64,000 bases of DNA from Squalus acanthias. Taxonomy: Eukaryota. The stretch is taken from the NCBI GenBank assembly GCA_030390025.1, contig CM059425.1, forward strand, positions 173,478,001 to 173,542,000, written 5' to 3'. Below the pieces are notes generated by a model. It did no database searches. It had not been told where the DNA came from and worked only from the letters and a program-made list of their open reading frames with translations. Position 1 is the stretch's first letter, and every line of letters begins with the position of its first letter. Position numbers and translations under genes: made by a program. This document shows positions 24,123 through 36,830 of this stretch, piece after piece.

Positions 24123-27100
24123 CTTCAAGTGACAAATATAAGACAGCTAGAAAGTAAAGATAGAATTATCTCCATGTAGCAGTGTTTATATTAATCGCAA
24201 GCCTCAGTCTTGATAGCTAACCCTTGAAATTTGTAGGTAAAATGTAATCATTTTTTTGGTGGTTTGCTTATTTGAAACTGTCCTGCCTGAGATTGTAAGT
24301 GTAACAAATGGAAGATGCAGAATATTGCAAGTGATTAATTCTGAGTGACTATAAGAGTAAGCTTGAGGTTTGGATTAGGAATCACCTATGGATGTTCAGT
24401 ATTTCGATCTCTGAAACCAGATGTGTGAATTCAAATTCTTTAAGTTATCAGCTATGAGTACTCTCTCATCATCATGGAATAGTAAAAAGCTCTCAGCTGT
24501 CAGACCCTCCTAAGCCAGTGACTAAAGTGACCTCAGCCTATCAATGACATTATGATTACAGTATAATATAGTGAATGGTGGTGGACAATTAAAAAACTAA
24601 CAGGAGGAGGAGGCTCTAAGAATATCCCCATCCTCAATGATGGTGGAGCCCAGCACGTGAGTGCAAAAGACAAGGCTGAAGCGTCTGCAACCGTCTTCAG
24701 CCAGAAGTGCCGAGTGGATGATCCATATCGGCCTCCTCCTGAGGTCCCCACCATCACAGAAGCCAGTCTTCAGCCAATTTGATTCACTCCACGTGATATC
24801 AAAAAACAGCTGAGCGCACTGGATACAGCAAAGGCTATGGGCCCCGACAACATCCCGGCTGTCGTGCTGAAGACTTGTGCTCCAGAACTAGCCACGCCTC
24901 TAGCCAAGCTGTTCCAGTACAGCTTCAACACTGGCATCTACCCGACAATGTGGAAAACTGCCCAGGTTTGTCCTGTCTACAAAAAGAAGGACAAATGCAA
25001 TCCAGCCAATTACCACCCCATCAGTCTACTCTCAATCATCAGCAAAGTGATGGAAGGTATCGTCGACAGTGCTATCAAGCAGCACTTACTCACCAATAAC
25101 CTGCTCACCGATGCCCAGTTTGGGTTCCGTCAGGACCACTCGGCTCCAGACCTCATTACAGCCTTGGTCCAAACATGGACAAAAGAGCTGAATTCCAGAG
25201 GTGAGGTGAGAGTGACTGCCCTTGACATCAAGGCAGCATTTGACAGAGTGTGGCATCAAGGAGCCCTAGTAAAACTGAAGTCAATGGGAATCAGGGGCAA
25301 AACTCTCCACTGGCTGGTGTCATACCTAGCACAAAGGAATATGGTTGTGGTTGTTAGAGGCCAATCATCTCAGCCCCAGGACATCGCTGCAGGAGTTCCT
25401 CAGGGCAGTGTCCTAGGCCCAAACAGCTTCAGCTGCTTCATCAATGACCTTCCCTCCATCATACGTTAAGAAGCGGGGATGTTCGTTGATGATTGCACAG
25501 TGTTCAGTTCCATTTGCAGCTCCTCAGATAATGAAGCAGATCATGTCTGCTTGCAGCAAGACCTGGCTGACTTTCAGGCTTGAGCTGATAAGTGGCAAGT
25601 AATATTCGCGCCACATAAGTGCCAGGCAATGACTATCCCCAAGAAGAGAGATTCTAACCAACGCCCCTTGGCATTCAACAGCATTATCATCGCCGAATCC
25701 CCCACCATCAACATCCTGGGGGTCACCATTGATCAGAAACTTAACTGGACTGGCCACATAAATACTGTGGCAACAGGTGCAGATCAGAGGCTGGGTATTC
25801 TGCAGCAAGTGTCTCACCCCTTGACTCCCCAAAGCCTTTCTACCACCTACAAGGCACAAGTCAGGAGTGTGATAAGAACATAAGAACATAACATAAGAAA
25901 ATAAGAAATAGGAGCAGGAGTTGGCCATTCGGCCCCTCGAGCCTGCTCATGGCTGATCTTCTACCTCAACTCGACTTTCCTGCACTATCCCCATATCCCT
26001 TGATTCCCTTAATATTCAAAAATCTATCGCTCTCTGTCTTAAATATAATCAATAACTGAGCATCCACAGCCCTCTGGGGTAGAGAATTCCAAAGATTCAC
26101 CACCCTCTGAGTGAAGACATTTCTCCTCATCTCAGTCCTAAATGGCTGACCCCTTATTCTGAGACTGTGACCCCTGGTTCAAGACTCCCCAGCCAGGGGA
26201 AACATCTTCCCTGCATCTACCCTGTCAAGCCCTATATGAATTTAGTATGTTTCAATGAGATCACCTCTCATTCTTCTAAACTCTAGAGAATATAGGCCTA
26301 GTCAATCAATCTCTCCTCATAGATAATCCCCCCCATCCCAGGAATCAGTCTGGTGAACCTTCGTTGTACTCCCTCTATGGCAAGTATATCCTTCCTTAGG
26401 TAAGGAGACCAAAACTGTACACAATACTCCAGGTGTGGTCTCACCAGGGCCCTATATAATTGCAGTAAGATGTCTTTACTCTTATACTCAAATCCTCTTG
26501 TAATAACGGCCAACATTCCATTTGCTTTCCTAATTGCTTGCTGTACCTGCATGTTAACTTTCAGTGATTTGTGTACAAGGACACCCAGGTCCCTCTGAAC
26601 ACCAACATTTCCCAATCTCTCACCATTTAAAAAATACTCTGCTTTTCCTACCAAAGTGGATAACTTCACATTTCTCCACATTATATTCCATTTGCCATGT
26701 TCTTGCCCACTCACTTAGCCTGTCTATATCCCCTTGAAGCCTCTTTACATCCTCCTCACAACTTACATTCCCACCTAGCTTTGTATTATCAGCAAACTTG
26801 GATATATTACATTTGATCCCCTCATCCAAATTATTGATATAGATTGTGAATAGCTGAGGCCCAAGCATTGATTCTTCCGGTACCCCACTAGTTACAGCCT
26901 GCCAACCTGAAAATGACCCGTTTATTCCTACTCTCTGTTTTCTGTCCGTTAACCAATCCTCAATCCATGCTAGTATATTACTCCAATCCCATGAGCCCTA
27001 ATTTTGTTTAATAACCTCTTGTGTGACACCTTATCGAATGCCTTCTGAAAATACAAATACACCACATCCACTGGTTCCCTCTTATCTATTCTGCTAGTTA

Positions 27101-28752
27101 CAACCTCAAAAAACTCTAACAGATTCATCAAACATGATTTCCCTTTCATAAATCCGTGTTGACTCTGCCCAATCCTATTATCATTTTCTAAGCGCCCTGT
27201 TATCACGTCCTTAATAATAGATTCTAGCATTTTCCCTACTACTGATGTCAGGCTAACTGGTCTGTAGTTCCCCGTTTTCTCTCTCCCTGCTTTCTTAAAT
27301 AGTGGGGTTACATTTGCTACCTTCCAATCTGCGGGAAACGTTCTAGAATCTATGGAAATTTAGAAGATGACAACCAATGCATCCACTATCTCCATAGCCA
27401 CCTCTTTCAAACCCTAGGATGTAACCCATCAGGCTCGGGGATTTACCGGCTTTCAGTCCCATTAATTTCTCTAGTACTATTTTTTACTAACACTAATTTC
27501 TTTCAGTTCCTCATTCTCGCTAGAGCCTTGGTTCTCCACTATTTCCAGAAAGTTTTTTGTGTCTTCTTCCATGAAGACAGACAGAAAGTATTTGTTTAAT
27601 TTCTCTGCCATTTCCTTATTCCCCATTATAACTTCTCCTGTCTCAGCCTGTAAGGGACCCACGTTAACTTTCATTAATCTTTTCCTTTTTACTTACCTAT
27701 AGAAGCTTTTACAGTTTGTTTCTATGTCTCTCGCTACTTTACTCTCATTCTATTTTCCTTTTTTTCATCTATTTCTTGGTCCTCCTTTGCTGAATTCTAA
27801 AACCTCTCAGTCCTCATGCTTACTACTCTTTTTGGTAACAGTGTAAGCCTCTTCCTTTAATCTAATACTATCTTTAATTTCTCTTGTTAGCTACGGTTGG
27901 ACCATTTTTCCCATGGTGTTTTTATTCCTTAAGGGAATGTATATTCGTTGCGAATTATGAATTATTTCTTTAAATGTTTGCCATTGCTTTTCTACTGTTG
28001 TATCTTTTAATTAAGTTTCCCAACCTACCTTAGCCAAATTGCCTCTCATACCTACGTAGTTTGCTTCGTTCAGGTTTAGGACCCTAGTTTTGGGCTTAAC
28101 TAAATCACTCTCAAACTCAACATAAAATTGTATCATATTATGATCACTGCTCCCCAGAGGCTCCCTTATTACAAGGTTATTAATTAACCCTTTCTCATTG
28201 CACAATACTAGATCTAAAATAACCTGTTCCCTAGTTGGTTCCTGAACATGCTGATCTAGAAAACTATTTTGTATGCATTCCATGAATTCATCCTCCACAC
28301 TATTACTGCAAATTTGGTTTGCCCAGTCTATATGTAGATTAAAGTCCCCCATGATTACTGTATTACCCTCGTTACATGCACCGCTAATTTCCTGATTTAT
28401 ACTCTGCCCTACATTACAACTACTGTTTGGGGGCCTATAAACAACTCCCAACAATGTTTCCTGTCTCTTGCTGTTTCTTAGCTCTAGCCAAACTGATTCT
28501 ACTTCTTAATTTTCGGAGCTAAGATCCTTTCCCTCTATGGTCTTTATCCCATCCTTTATTATCAGGGCTACCACTCCTCCTTTTCCATTTTGCCTATCTC
28601 TTCTAAAAGTTAAGTATCCTGGAATATTTAGTTCCCAACCTTGGCCACTTTGCAACCACGCCTCCGTAATGGCTATAAGGTCAAACCTATTAATTTCTAT
28701 CTGCGCTATTAATTTATCTATTTTGTTACGAATGCTTCATGCATTCAGATAT

Positions 28753-29688
28753 CTTCTTCTTAGGCAGTCCCTCGGAACCGAGGATGACTTGCTTCCACAC
28801 TAAAAATGAGTTCTCAGGTGACTTTGAGGGTGTCCTTGAAGCGTTTCCTCTGCCCACCTGGGGCTCTCTTGCCGTGTCGGAGCTCCGAGTAGAGCGCTTG
28901 TTTTGGGAGTCTCGTATCGGGCATGCGGACGATGTGACCCGTCCATCGGAGCTGATCGAGCGTGGTCAAAACTTTGATGCTGGGGATGTTAACCTGAGCG
29001 AGAACACTGACGTTGGTGTGCCTATCCTGCCAATGGATTTGCAGGATCTTACGAGACAGCGTTGGTGGTACCTCTCCAGTGCTTTGAGGTGCCTGCTGTA
29101 CATGGTCCATGTCTCTGAAGCGTACAGCAGGGCGGGTATCACTACTGTTCTGTAGACCATGAGCTTGGTGCTAGGTTTGAGGTCCTGGTCTTCAAACACT
29201 CTCTTCCTCAGGCAACCGAAGGCTGCACTGGCACACTGAAGGCGGTGTTGGACTTCGTCATTGACGTCTGCCCTTGTTGACAGTAGGCTCTCGAGGTATG
29301 GAAAGTGGTCCACGTTGTCCAAGGCCTCGTCATGGATTTTGATAATCAGGGAGCAGTACTGTGTGGCGGGGGCAGGTTGGTAGAGGACCTTTGTCTTACG
29401 GATGTTTAGTGTAAGGCCCATGCTCTCGTACGCTTCGGTGATGGTGTTGACGATGGTTTGGAGTTCGACCTCAGAGTGTGCGCAGACGCAAGCATCGTCT
29501 GCATACTGTAATTCGATGACAGAGGATGGGACGACCTTGGATCTGGACTGGAGGCGACGGAAGTTGAACAGTTTCCCGTTTGTTCTGTAGAGTAGCTCCA
29601 CTCCAGCGGGTAGCTTACTGAGGGTGAGATGGAGCATTGCAGCCAGGAAGATTGAGAAGAGCATTGGTGCGATGACACAGCACCAACA
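28753..29688 (-). mobile_element. RTE-clade LINE 3' fragment
   Basis: IAP.LFSIF, GKLFN.RRL, ELQYADD, GLTLNIRKTKV, LLYASETW, RWTGHIVRM, GGQRKRFKDTLK; (AAG)n tail; TSD CAGATAT at 28746-28752 and 29689-29695. Confidence 0.92.
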
Positions 29689-30443
29689 CAGATATAGTGC
29701 CTTTAGCTTTGACTTTTTTCTATTTTTCCCTGATGTCAGCTTAGTCACTGATACCCTATGACCGTTGTTACTCTCTCTGTCCCTTCCTGACCCACTCTGC
29801 TTATTTTTACACAAAACTCTACTCTGCTCTAGAGCCTTGACATTTCTCTCACTGCTTTTAAATTTACTCTTTCCTGAATCCTCCCACCACGCCACCTTCA
29901 TTAGTTTAAAGCCCTCTCTACTGCCTTAGTTATTCGATTTACCAGGACACTGGTCCCGGCCCAGTTTAAGTAGAGCCCGTCCCATGGAAACAGCTCCCTC
30001 TTTCCCCAGTACTGGGGCCAGTACCCCATGAACTGAAACCCCTTCCTCCCACACCACTCTTTGAGCCACACATTTAAACCTCTAATCTGTTTGTTCCTAT
30101 GCCAATTTGCACGTGGCTCAGGTAACAATCCAGAGATTATTACCTTTGAGGTTCTGCTTTTTAATTTGGATCTTAGCTCCTCAAACACCCTCAGCAGAAC
30201 CTCATTCCTAGTTCTACCTATGTCGTTGGTTCCTACGTGGACCATGACAACTGGATCCTCCCCCTCCCACTCCAAATTCTCCTCCAGCCGTGAGGAGATA
30301 TCCTTAAACCTGGCACCGGGCAGGCAACACAGCCTTCGGTACTCCCTGTCACAGCTGCAGAGAACTGTATCTATCCCCCTGACTATACTGTCGCTACCAC
30401 TACCACATTCCTTTTTACTCCCCCCACTTGAATGGCCTCCTGT

Positions 30444-30640
30444 TAACAGGCAGATAAGTGGCACTAATCCCCTTCCCGCCTCCAAGGAGATGGGACCCGG
30501 CACGGGTCGGCTACCTGCCTCCTGGCAAGATGGCACGGAGGCAGGTTGGGGGCGGGATGGGCACCCACCCCCAGATTCTGCCATTTTCCCGGCAGTCCCA
30601 TCTCCATACCCGCCTCCCCAGGGCTGGCAAGATCGCGCCC
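30444..30640. mobile_element. GC-rich MITE-like fragment inside CR1 ORF1
   Basis: Non-CR1 insert ending AAGATCGCGCCC; left end missing and flanking ORF1 sequence deleted. Confidence 0.5.
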
Positions 30641-32113
30641 AAAGTGTCCAGGTAACTCTCCCCTTCCCTGCATTGCAATGTCTGCAGCTTGGACTCCAGT
30701 TCAACAACTCTGAGCCGAAGTTCCTCGAGCTGCAGGCACTTACCGCAGATGTGGTTGCTCGGGATCGCGTTGGTCTCCACTAACTCCCACATGCTGCAGT
30801 TATGACACACCACCTGCACTGCCATCCCTATCTAACCTTATTTTATTTATATAATTAGTTACAGTATTCAAACAATTATTTTTGCTTTTAATTTCTAGTT
30901 TTAATTAGTTAATTTAGTTCAAGTTATTAATTCAATAAAGTTATAGTAGTTAATACTCTCCCAGTCCAGAATTGAATCCACTTACCAAACTTAGAGAGCA
31001 AAAGAGCTGTAATACTCACCAACCAATCACCTACCTGCTGTCCTGTGATGTCACTCCTTGTTTTTTTGTTTTGTTAAGTTGCCGATCAGCTCCCTTTCTG
31101 TCGCCTCCTCCGTTGCCGTCGCTCCCGCTCAGGTCCGTGATGGAATACTCTCCACTTGCCTGGATGAGTGCAGTTCCAACAACACTCAAGAAGCTCGACA
31201 CCATCCACGACAAAGCAGCCCACTTGATTGGCACCCCATCCACCACCTTAAACATACACTCCCTCCACCACCGGCGTACCGTGGCTGCAGTGTGTACCAT
31301 CTACAAGATGCACTGCAGCAACTCACCAAGGCTTCTTTGACAGCACCTCCCAAACCCGTGACCTCTACCACCTAGAAGGACAAGGGCAGTAGGTGCATGG
31401 GAACACCACCACTTCCAAGTTCCCCTCCAAGTCACACACCATCCTGACTTGAAATGTATCGCCGTTCCTTCATAGTTATTGGGTCAAAATCCTGGAACTC
31501 CCTCCCTAACAGCACTGTGGGAGTACCTTGAACACGCGGACTGCAGCATTTCAAGAAGGTGGCTCACCACCACCTTCTCAAGGGCAATTAGGGATGGGCA
31601 ATAAATGGTGGCCTTGCCAGCAGTGCCCACATCCCAGGAATTAATTTAAAAAAATCGTTTCAAAAACTAAAATAAAGTGCTTTGCTTTGTCTCTATTCCT
31701 TCTGAGTGAGATGTGTGGGTAAAGTGAGAGGGGAGAGTCCTTGAAAGCATTAAATGGGCCATCTTGGCTCAATGTAAAAAAAATGAACAGTGTTCCAGTT
31801 CAGCTATGGCGTCCGCAGGGAACGGTTTCTCTTTAAACAACACTGAATGCTGCATGCCTTCTTCAGCGCAATGTGCGGTACAGACTACAGTACAAACAAG
31901 ATAATTAATTTGCCCTGTTTTACACTCACACCCTCCCCCCTTCCCCTCCGATTCCATAAAACCCGAAGTACGATCAAACCACATACATCCCCAGCGTAAT
32001 CGACAGACTCCCCACGAATGAATAAACAAATTGCCGAACCCTTTTTCCACCTGTAGAAATTTTGCGAGCCGGAGCCGGAGCTGATTTAAAAGATTGCTTC
32101 CATAGATAGGCTC

Positions 32114-32869
32114 TGTAGTTTTTGAAAGCTTTTTAGAATAGTTTGTCCGTGACTACACAAACCACTCTGGGTACAGGTATATTGTGTATAAGTAAAACAG
32201 GTTTATTAAGTGTTAAACATCCAGTACAAAGAAGTAATACTTAACAAGAAGATAGTCGCAGTCTGTTCACCTGAGTGATTGTGGCGCGGTCTCTTTATTC
32301 TCTTGCTGTGTTCTGTTGACTGAAGTTTCGATGTTCAATACCTGGATATTTATCCCTTTTTCCTCTGTTTTTCCTATGTTGCAGTAACTAGCTCTCTGAC
32401 ACCTGGTAATTGTCCCCCCTCTCCTTGCCAGTCATCTTGTGACCTTGTTAATCCCACTAGGCCTCTTTCTGTGCATAACAAGATACCCTTATCTAAGAAT
32501 TTCACTTTACAGAACATTCTTGAGGTGTTTTCTAAACAGTTCGTCTATTCTGCAGTTTCTTAAGTGAAGACTGTCTCTAACTCCTATCTCTCTTCTCTAG
32601 CTCTTATCTCTCCTTCATAACATTACAGAATTCCATGTCTCCTGCAGTCTCTTGGTTTACTTAACACAACATTCCATTACTTCAGCATATTCTAACAGAG
32701 TTAGCCAGGTTGGCATAATTTCCCATCCTGCTTTGCTTCTCAGCCATTCGCCATTATATACAGGCTTTTTAGGTTTTTAACATACAATTTCACATATTAC
32801 AGTTATTTAACAATGGTTACAAAATCTTAACAATGTTTACTAAATCCTACAGGTACACTCTATCCTACA
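32114..32869 (-). mobile_element. Solo LTR (756 bp)
   Basis: TGTAG...CTACA inverted termini, 4-bp TSD GCTC (32110-32113, 32870-32873), minus-strand AATAAA near 32202. Confidence 0.7.
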
Positions 32870-34065
32870 GCTCCAGAGCTTTGCTTGTGTCACTTTGATG
32901 CGCTTTAAGCGTCAAGAGCTTTCTCCATAAAAGCTGAATGTAATACTGTAACATTGATTGGTGAGCAGGTGGCAAGTAAATTGCTGCAACAAATACGGCA
33001 ACTGTTCTGTACATGGGCTACAGGTTGACTCGTTTCTTCCTAGTTCAGCTGTAACAAACGCAATCTTGGCCTCCTGCTCAGCTAAGCGCCAGAAAGAGCT
33101 CATTACACCACAAATTCTACACACGCTGTTGCAAATTAGCAGGCAGCACCAAAATACCGGTGCTGCCTGCGCTCTCTCTGCAGGCAGCCATGAGCCTTTG
33201 CTGGCGCTGTTTCCGGCCTACTCAAATTTCTAGGCCTATATTTTTATTACATTAATAAAAGAAGCTACAAGGCAATAAGTAAAGATGTTAAAATACAAAG
33301 GTTATACAGCATAGTCAGTTAGAGACAGATACAACCTGTGGATACCTACAAGGTTTTGAGATGATCAAGCTCGAAATAATCTTGTAGTAACACATGAGCA
33401 GCCCAGCTTCGCCTGAGAATGTTCTAACTAAACTAAGCTTTATGTCTTCCTTAAATACATTAAATCACCCATTATATTCTTGGAACTTGAGCCTGCTCTT
33501 GTTCCTATATGTCAATAGATTTCAATGTTTCCCCAAGCCAAGCAGCCTCCTAACCATGCCCGCACATTCCAAAATAGGCAGAAACAATCAACTAACGGTT
33601 CCCATAACATAAGATAACCACAGTAGACGAAATGTCTTCTGACTTTGGTGTATAAGTACAATTACACAAACAGCTGAAATAAAAACTTTGGGGGAAAAAA
33701 TTCAGTTGATTAGCGCCTTCCATTAGTGCCAGCAGCTGGCTCTAACGGGGCGCTGATGCAGTAGGGCCGGGGCGAGGCGGATCCAGCACCGCACGGCAAA
33801 TCCGGTTCCCCTGTTGTGCACCGGTACAAGGTACCGCCGGGGACATCAACGCCAGGCACATTGTGATGTCAATGAGTGTGCAACGCTCACAGGCCGCCCA
33901 ATCTGCGAAATTGATTTTCGCCACCTACCTTCGTGCCTCGACCAGACAGCGACAGGGAGAGGAGGCATCAAGCAGGTGGAAGCTGGCTCCAGGGACATTA
34001 TTTAAAGGGATCATGAGTAATGAGTCCCAGTTGTCAGGTTAGTGGAGTTTCAGTGCTTTCTTTGA

Positions 34066-34910
34066 ATATTGGGAAGACTGAAGCCATTGTTTTCAGTCCC
34101 CGCCACAAACTCCGTTCCCTAGCCACTGACTCCATCCCTCTCCCTAACATCTGTCTGGGGCTGAACCACACTGTTCGCAACTTTGGTGTCATATTTGACC
34201 CTGAAATGAGCTTCCGACCACAAAAGCCGCAGCATAACAAAGACTGCCTATTTCTACCTCCATAACAACACCCGTCTCCGCCCAGGCCTCAGCTCATCCA
34301 CTGCTGAAACCCTCATCCATGCCTTTGTTACCTCTAGACTTGACTATTCCAATGCACTCCTGGCTGGTCTCCCACGTTCTACTCAACGTAAACCTGAGGT
34401 CATCCAAAACACGGCTGCCCGTGTCCTAACTCGCACCAAGTCCCGTTCGCCCATCTTCCCTGTGCTCGCTGACCTACATTGGCTCCCGGTTAAGCAGTGC
34501 CTCGATTTCAAAATTCTCATCCTTGTTTTCAAATCCCTCCATGGTCTCACCCCTTCCTATCTCTGTAATCTCCTCCAGCCCTACAACCCCCCGAGATATC
34601 TGCGCTCCTCTAATTCTGCCCTCTTGAGGATCCCTGATTATAATCACTCAACCATTGGTGGCCGTGCCTTCTGTTGCCCAGGCCCTAAGCTCTGGAATTC
34701 CCTGCCTAAACCTCTCTGCCTCTCCATCTCTCTTTCCTCCTTTAAGATGCTCCTTAAAACCTACCTCTTTGACCAAGCTTTTGGTCACCTGCTCTAATTT
34801 ATCCTTATGTGGCTCGGTGTCAAATTTTTTGTCTTATAATACTCCTGTGCAGCGCCTTGGGATGTTTTACTACATTAAAGGCACTATATAAATACAAGTT
34901 GTTGTTGTTG
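34066..34910 (+). mobile_element. L2 LINE 3' fragment
   Basis: LNIGKTEAIVF, LHWLPVKQ..DFKIL, GGRAF; (GTT)n tail; TSD TTTGA at 34061-34065 and 34911-34915. Confidence 0.9.
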
Positions 34911-35034
34911 TTTGACATTGTGCAACAGTTCAATTCAGTAATTTAAAGGTTCTTCTGTATCAGGAGTGTTGTGGTAACTAAAAAGTAGTTACATTTATTC
35001 TTAAAAATATCAAAGTGCTACACTTGGTTACATT

Positions 35035-35490
35035 AATGAGGGCTGTACTGACAGTCGACCTCGCCCTCCAGGATCTACGGCAGAGGGAGCGGAGGCAGCG
35101 AGAAAGACTGGAACATGTGGCCATGGGAGGAGCAGAGCCATCAGGGCTCTCAACAGGAGGCCTTACTCTCCGAGGGTGTTCCGACAGCACTTCTCCTACC
35201 TCCAATTAAGCGAGGAGCAGTGTATTAGAAGGCTCCGCTTCACCAAGGAGGTGGTCACAGAACTCTGCCACCTCCTGCAACCAGACCTCCAGCCTCAGAT
35301 CAGGGCAACCACGGCTCTCTCAGTGGCAGTCAAGGTCACCGTCGCCCTCAATTTCTTTGCCAGCAGATACTTCCAGTCTGAAACAGGAGACATAGCTAAC
35401 ATCTCGCAGTTCACCATCCATCGCTGCATCCGGGAGGTCACAGAGGCTCTCTACAGTAGGAGAAGGACTACATTTCCTTCCCCATCACCA
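35035..35490 (+). pseudogene. Harbinger transposase N-terminal remnant
   Basis: FRQHFSYLQLSEEQCIRRLRFTKEVVTELCHLLQPDLQP aligns with 3561-4643; catalytic half missing. Confidence 0.85.
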
Positions 35491-35534
35491 GAAGGCGGTG
35501 ACCTTGTTTCCAGGCTAGCTGTCTGCTGTGTGTG

Positions 35535-36830
35535 TGCTAGAAAGGTTGTTGACTGTATCTTTGATTTGGCCAACCGAGGCCCAACGCCTATGTTTCTTCC
35601 ATTATTGCTAATAACCATATTATAATGCTAAGTTAGGATTTTGACTTGTTTAACAAAGCTGCTTTAAAATACATAAGTTAATTAAGTATAACGACATAGA
35701 ATAGAAGATATCTTTGGGAATTTAATGATGCATTCCATGGTAGAATAGTTGCATGAACTGCATGAACATAAATAACTGATAACAAGCAGTTACGAACATC
35801 TGATGGCCGAGAATGGCATGTCTGACTCCAAACTAGGGAGGATAAGGACAAGGGAGAGAAGAGAAATTCCAATGGGTAGGCCTTCAAAATGTATAAACAA
35901 TAGAACATATGTAATGATTGTGAAGACCCCTCCTGGAGGGAGGATCTTCGTCTCGAAGTTGAGACAAAGAACTCGATGTGCCATTGGGCACCTTGGTTTA
36001 GGAAGAACCCTTGCAGGTCAGATAGCTCTGTCCATATCCTACTTTAGGCCCACCCCTAAAAAGAGAATAAAAGAAAGACTTAGGGAGATTTTTCACAGAG
36101 ACGATGAAGGGGTCCAGTACCAGTTGTTTGTCATGGTCATATGTTTTTGCTGTATAACTAGTGTGTTATATTCCATCTTAAACTCTGATTAAACACAATA
36201 TTCTCATCATAGTGATTTGCAGTCGATCCTGATTATTTGAAAGACTAGAGATAAGATAGTATCAACAACTTGGCTAATCTAACAGTGGCAACCACAAAGG
36301 GACTGCAAAAGGGTTATTGTGAAGAAACGAGTGAAAGACGGACGCAATTTATAATGTCATCAAACGGTACCAGGCATGACGATAGAGTAGGAAAACTTGA
36401 CAGAGAGGGTGCGTTTCATTACTGAAATCTAAAACAGAATGGTGGGTGCTTATTATAGAGATAAAGTCGTGAACAGTCTCCCAAAAAAATTAGGGGTCCA
36501 GGGGGCCAAGAGGTTATTGGAGTCATCCAAAAGGACGGATTTAGTTACTCCAAGCACTTGGACGAGATAGCATCCCAAGTGAATGAGAAGAAAATTAAGC
36601 TTAAGACAGCCAGAAATAGACTGGCCTATACAGCCCACTTGTGTGCCACCCGCTCGGAAGAAGAACTCGCTCTCTCAAAAGAACAAATTGCTCTACGTAA
36701 CAGAGAGGTGGGGGATTGATATGCTACTCTCTGTTTTCTCCTCCACGTAGAGGAGTCAGCAGCAGACGAGGTCCGACTGGCTTCGCGACGCCATCGGCAG
36801 GTGTTTGAGAACCAGAAGTCCTCAAAAGAT
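35535..36830 (+). mobile_element. Truncated LTR retroelement: 5' LTR (~35535-36284), tRNA-Arg PBS (36286-36303), decayed gag-like start
   Basis: TGCTAGA...TCTAACA termini, ATTAAA at 36188, then TGGCAACCACAAAGGGAC (16/18 to the tRNA-Arg-type PBS TGGCGACCACGAAGGGAC); disrupted frame from ATG 36439. Confidence 0.65.

Larger units (their letters stand above)
25874..31136 (-). mobile_element. Apparently full-length decayed CR1 LINE (5' UTR, ORF1 zinc finger/leucine zipper plus esterase, ORF2)
   Basis: MAVQVVCHNCSMW...CGKCLQLEELRLRVVELE from 30825; esterase, endonuclease, RT; (TTCTTATG)n tail; TSD GTGAT at 25869-25873 and 31137-31141. Confidence 0.9.
24571..31655 (+). mobile_element. LINE-X (CR1/L2-group RT), pieces 24571-25873 and 31137-31655
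   Basis: GPDNIP..LKTCAPEL, NY.PISLLS, QFGFR, LDIKAAFDRVWH, GVPQGSVLGP; resumes after the GTGAT duplication; A-rich end. Confidence 0.88.

Noticed and set aside
28966..29901. Fusion ORFs such as 28966-29901, 42982-43512 and 9999-10892
   Set aside because: Chance read-through across insertion junctions.
32050..33236. MITE spanning the solo LTR
   Set aside because: The right end AATTTCTAGGCC is clear, but the left end (CCTGTAGAAATT) and TSD are too degenerate to call.
35487..36818. ACCAGAAG direct repeat as an 8-bp TSD
   Set aside because: Transposase sequence does not resume after the second copy, which lies inside the gag-like frame; likely chance.
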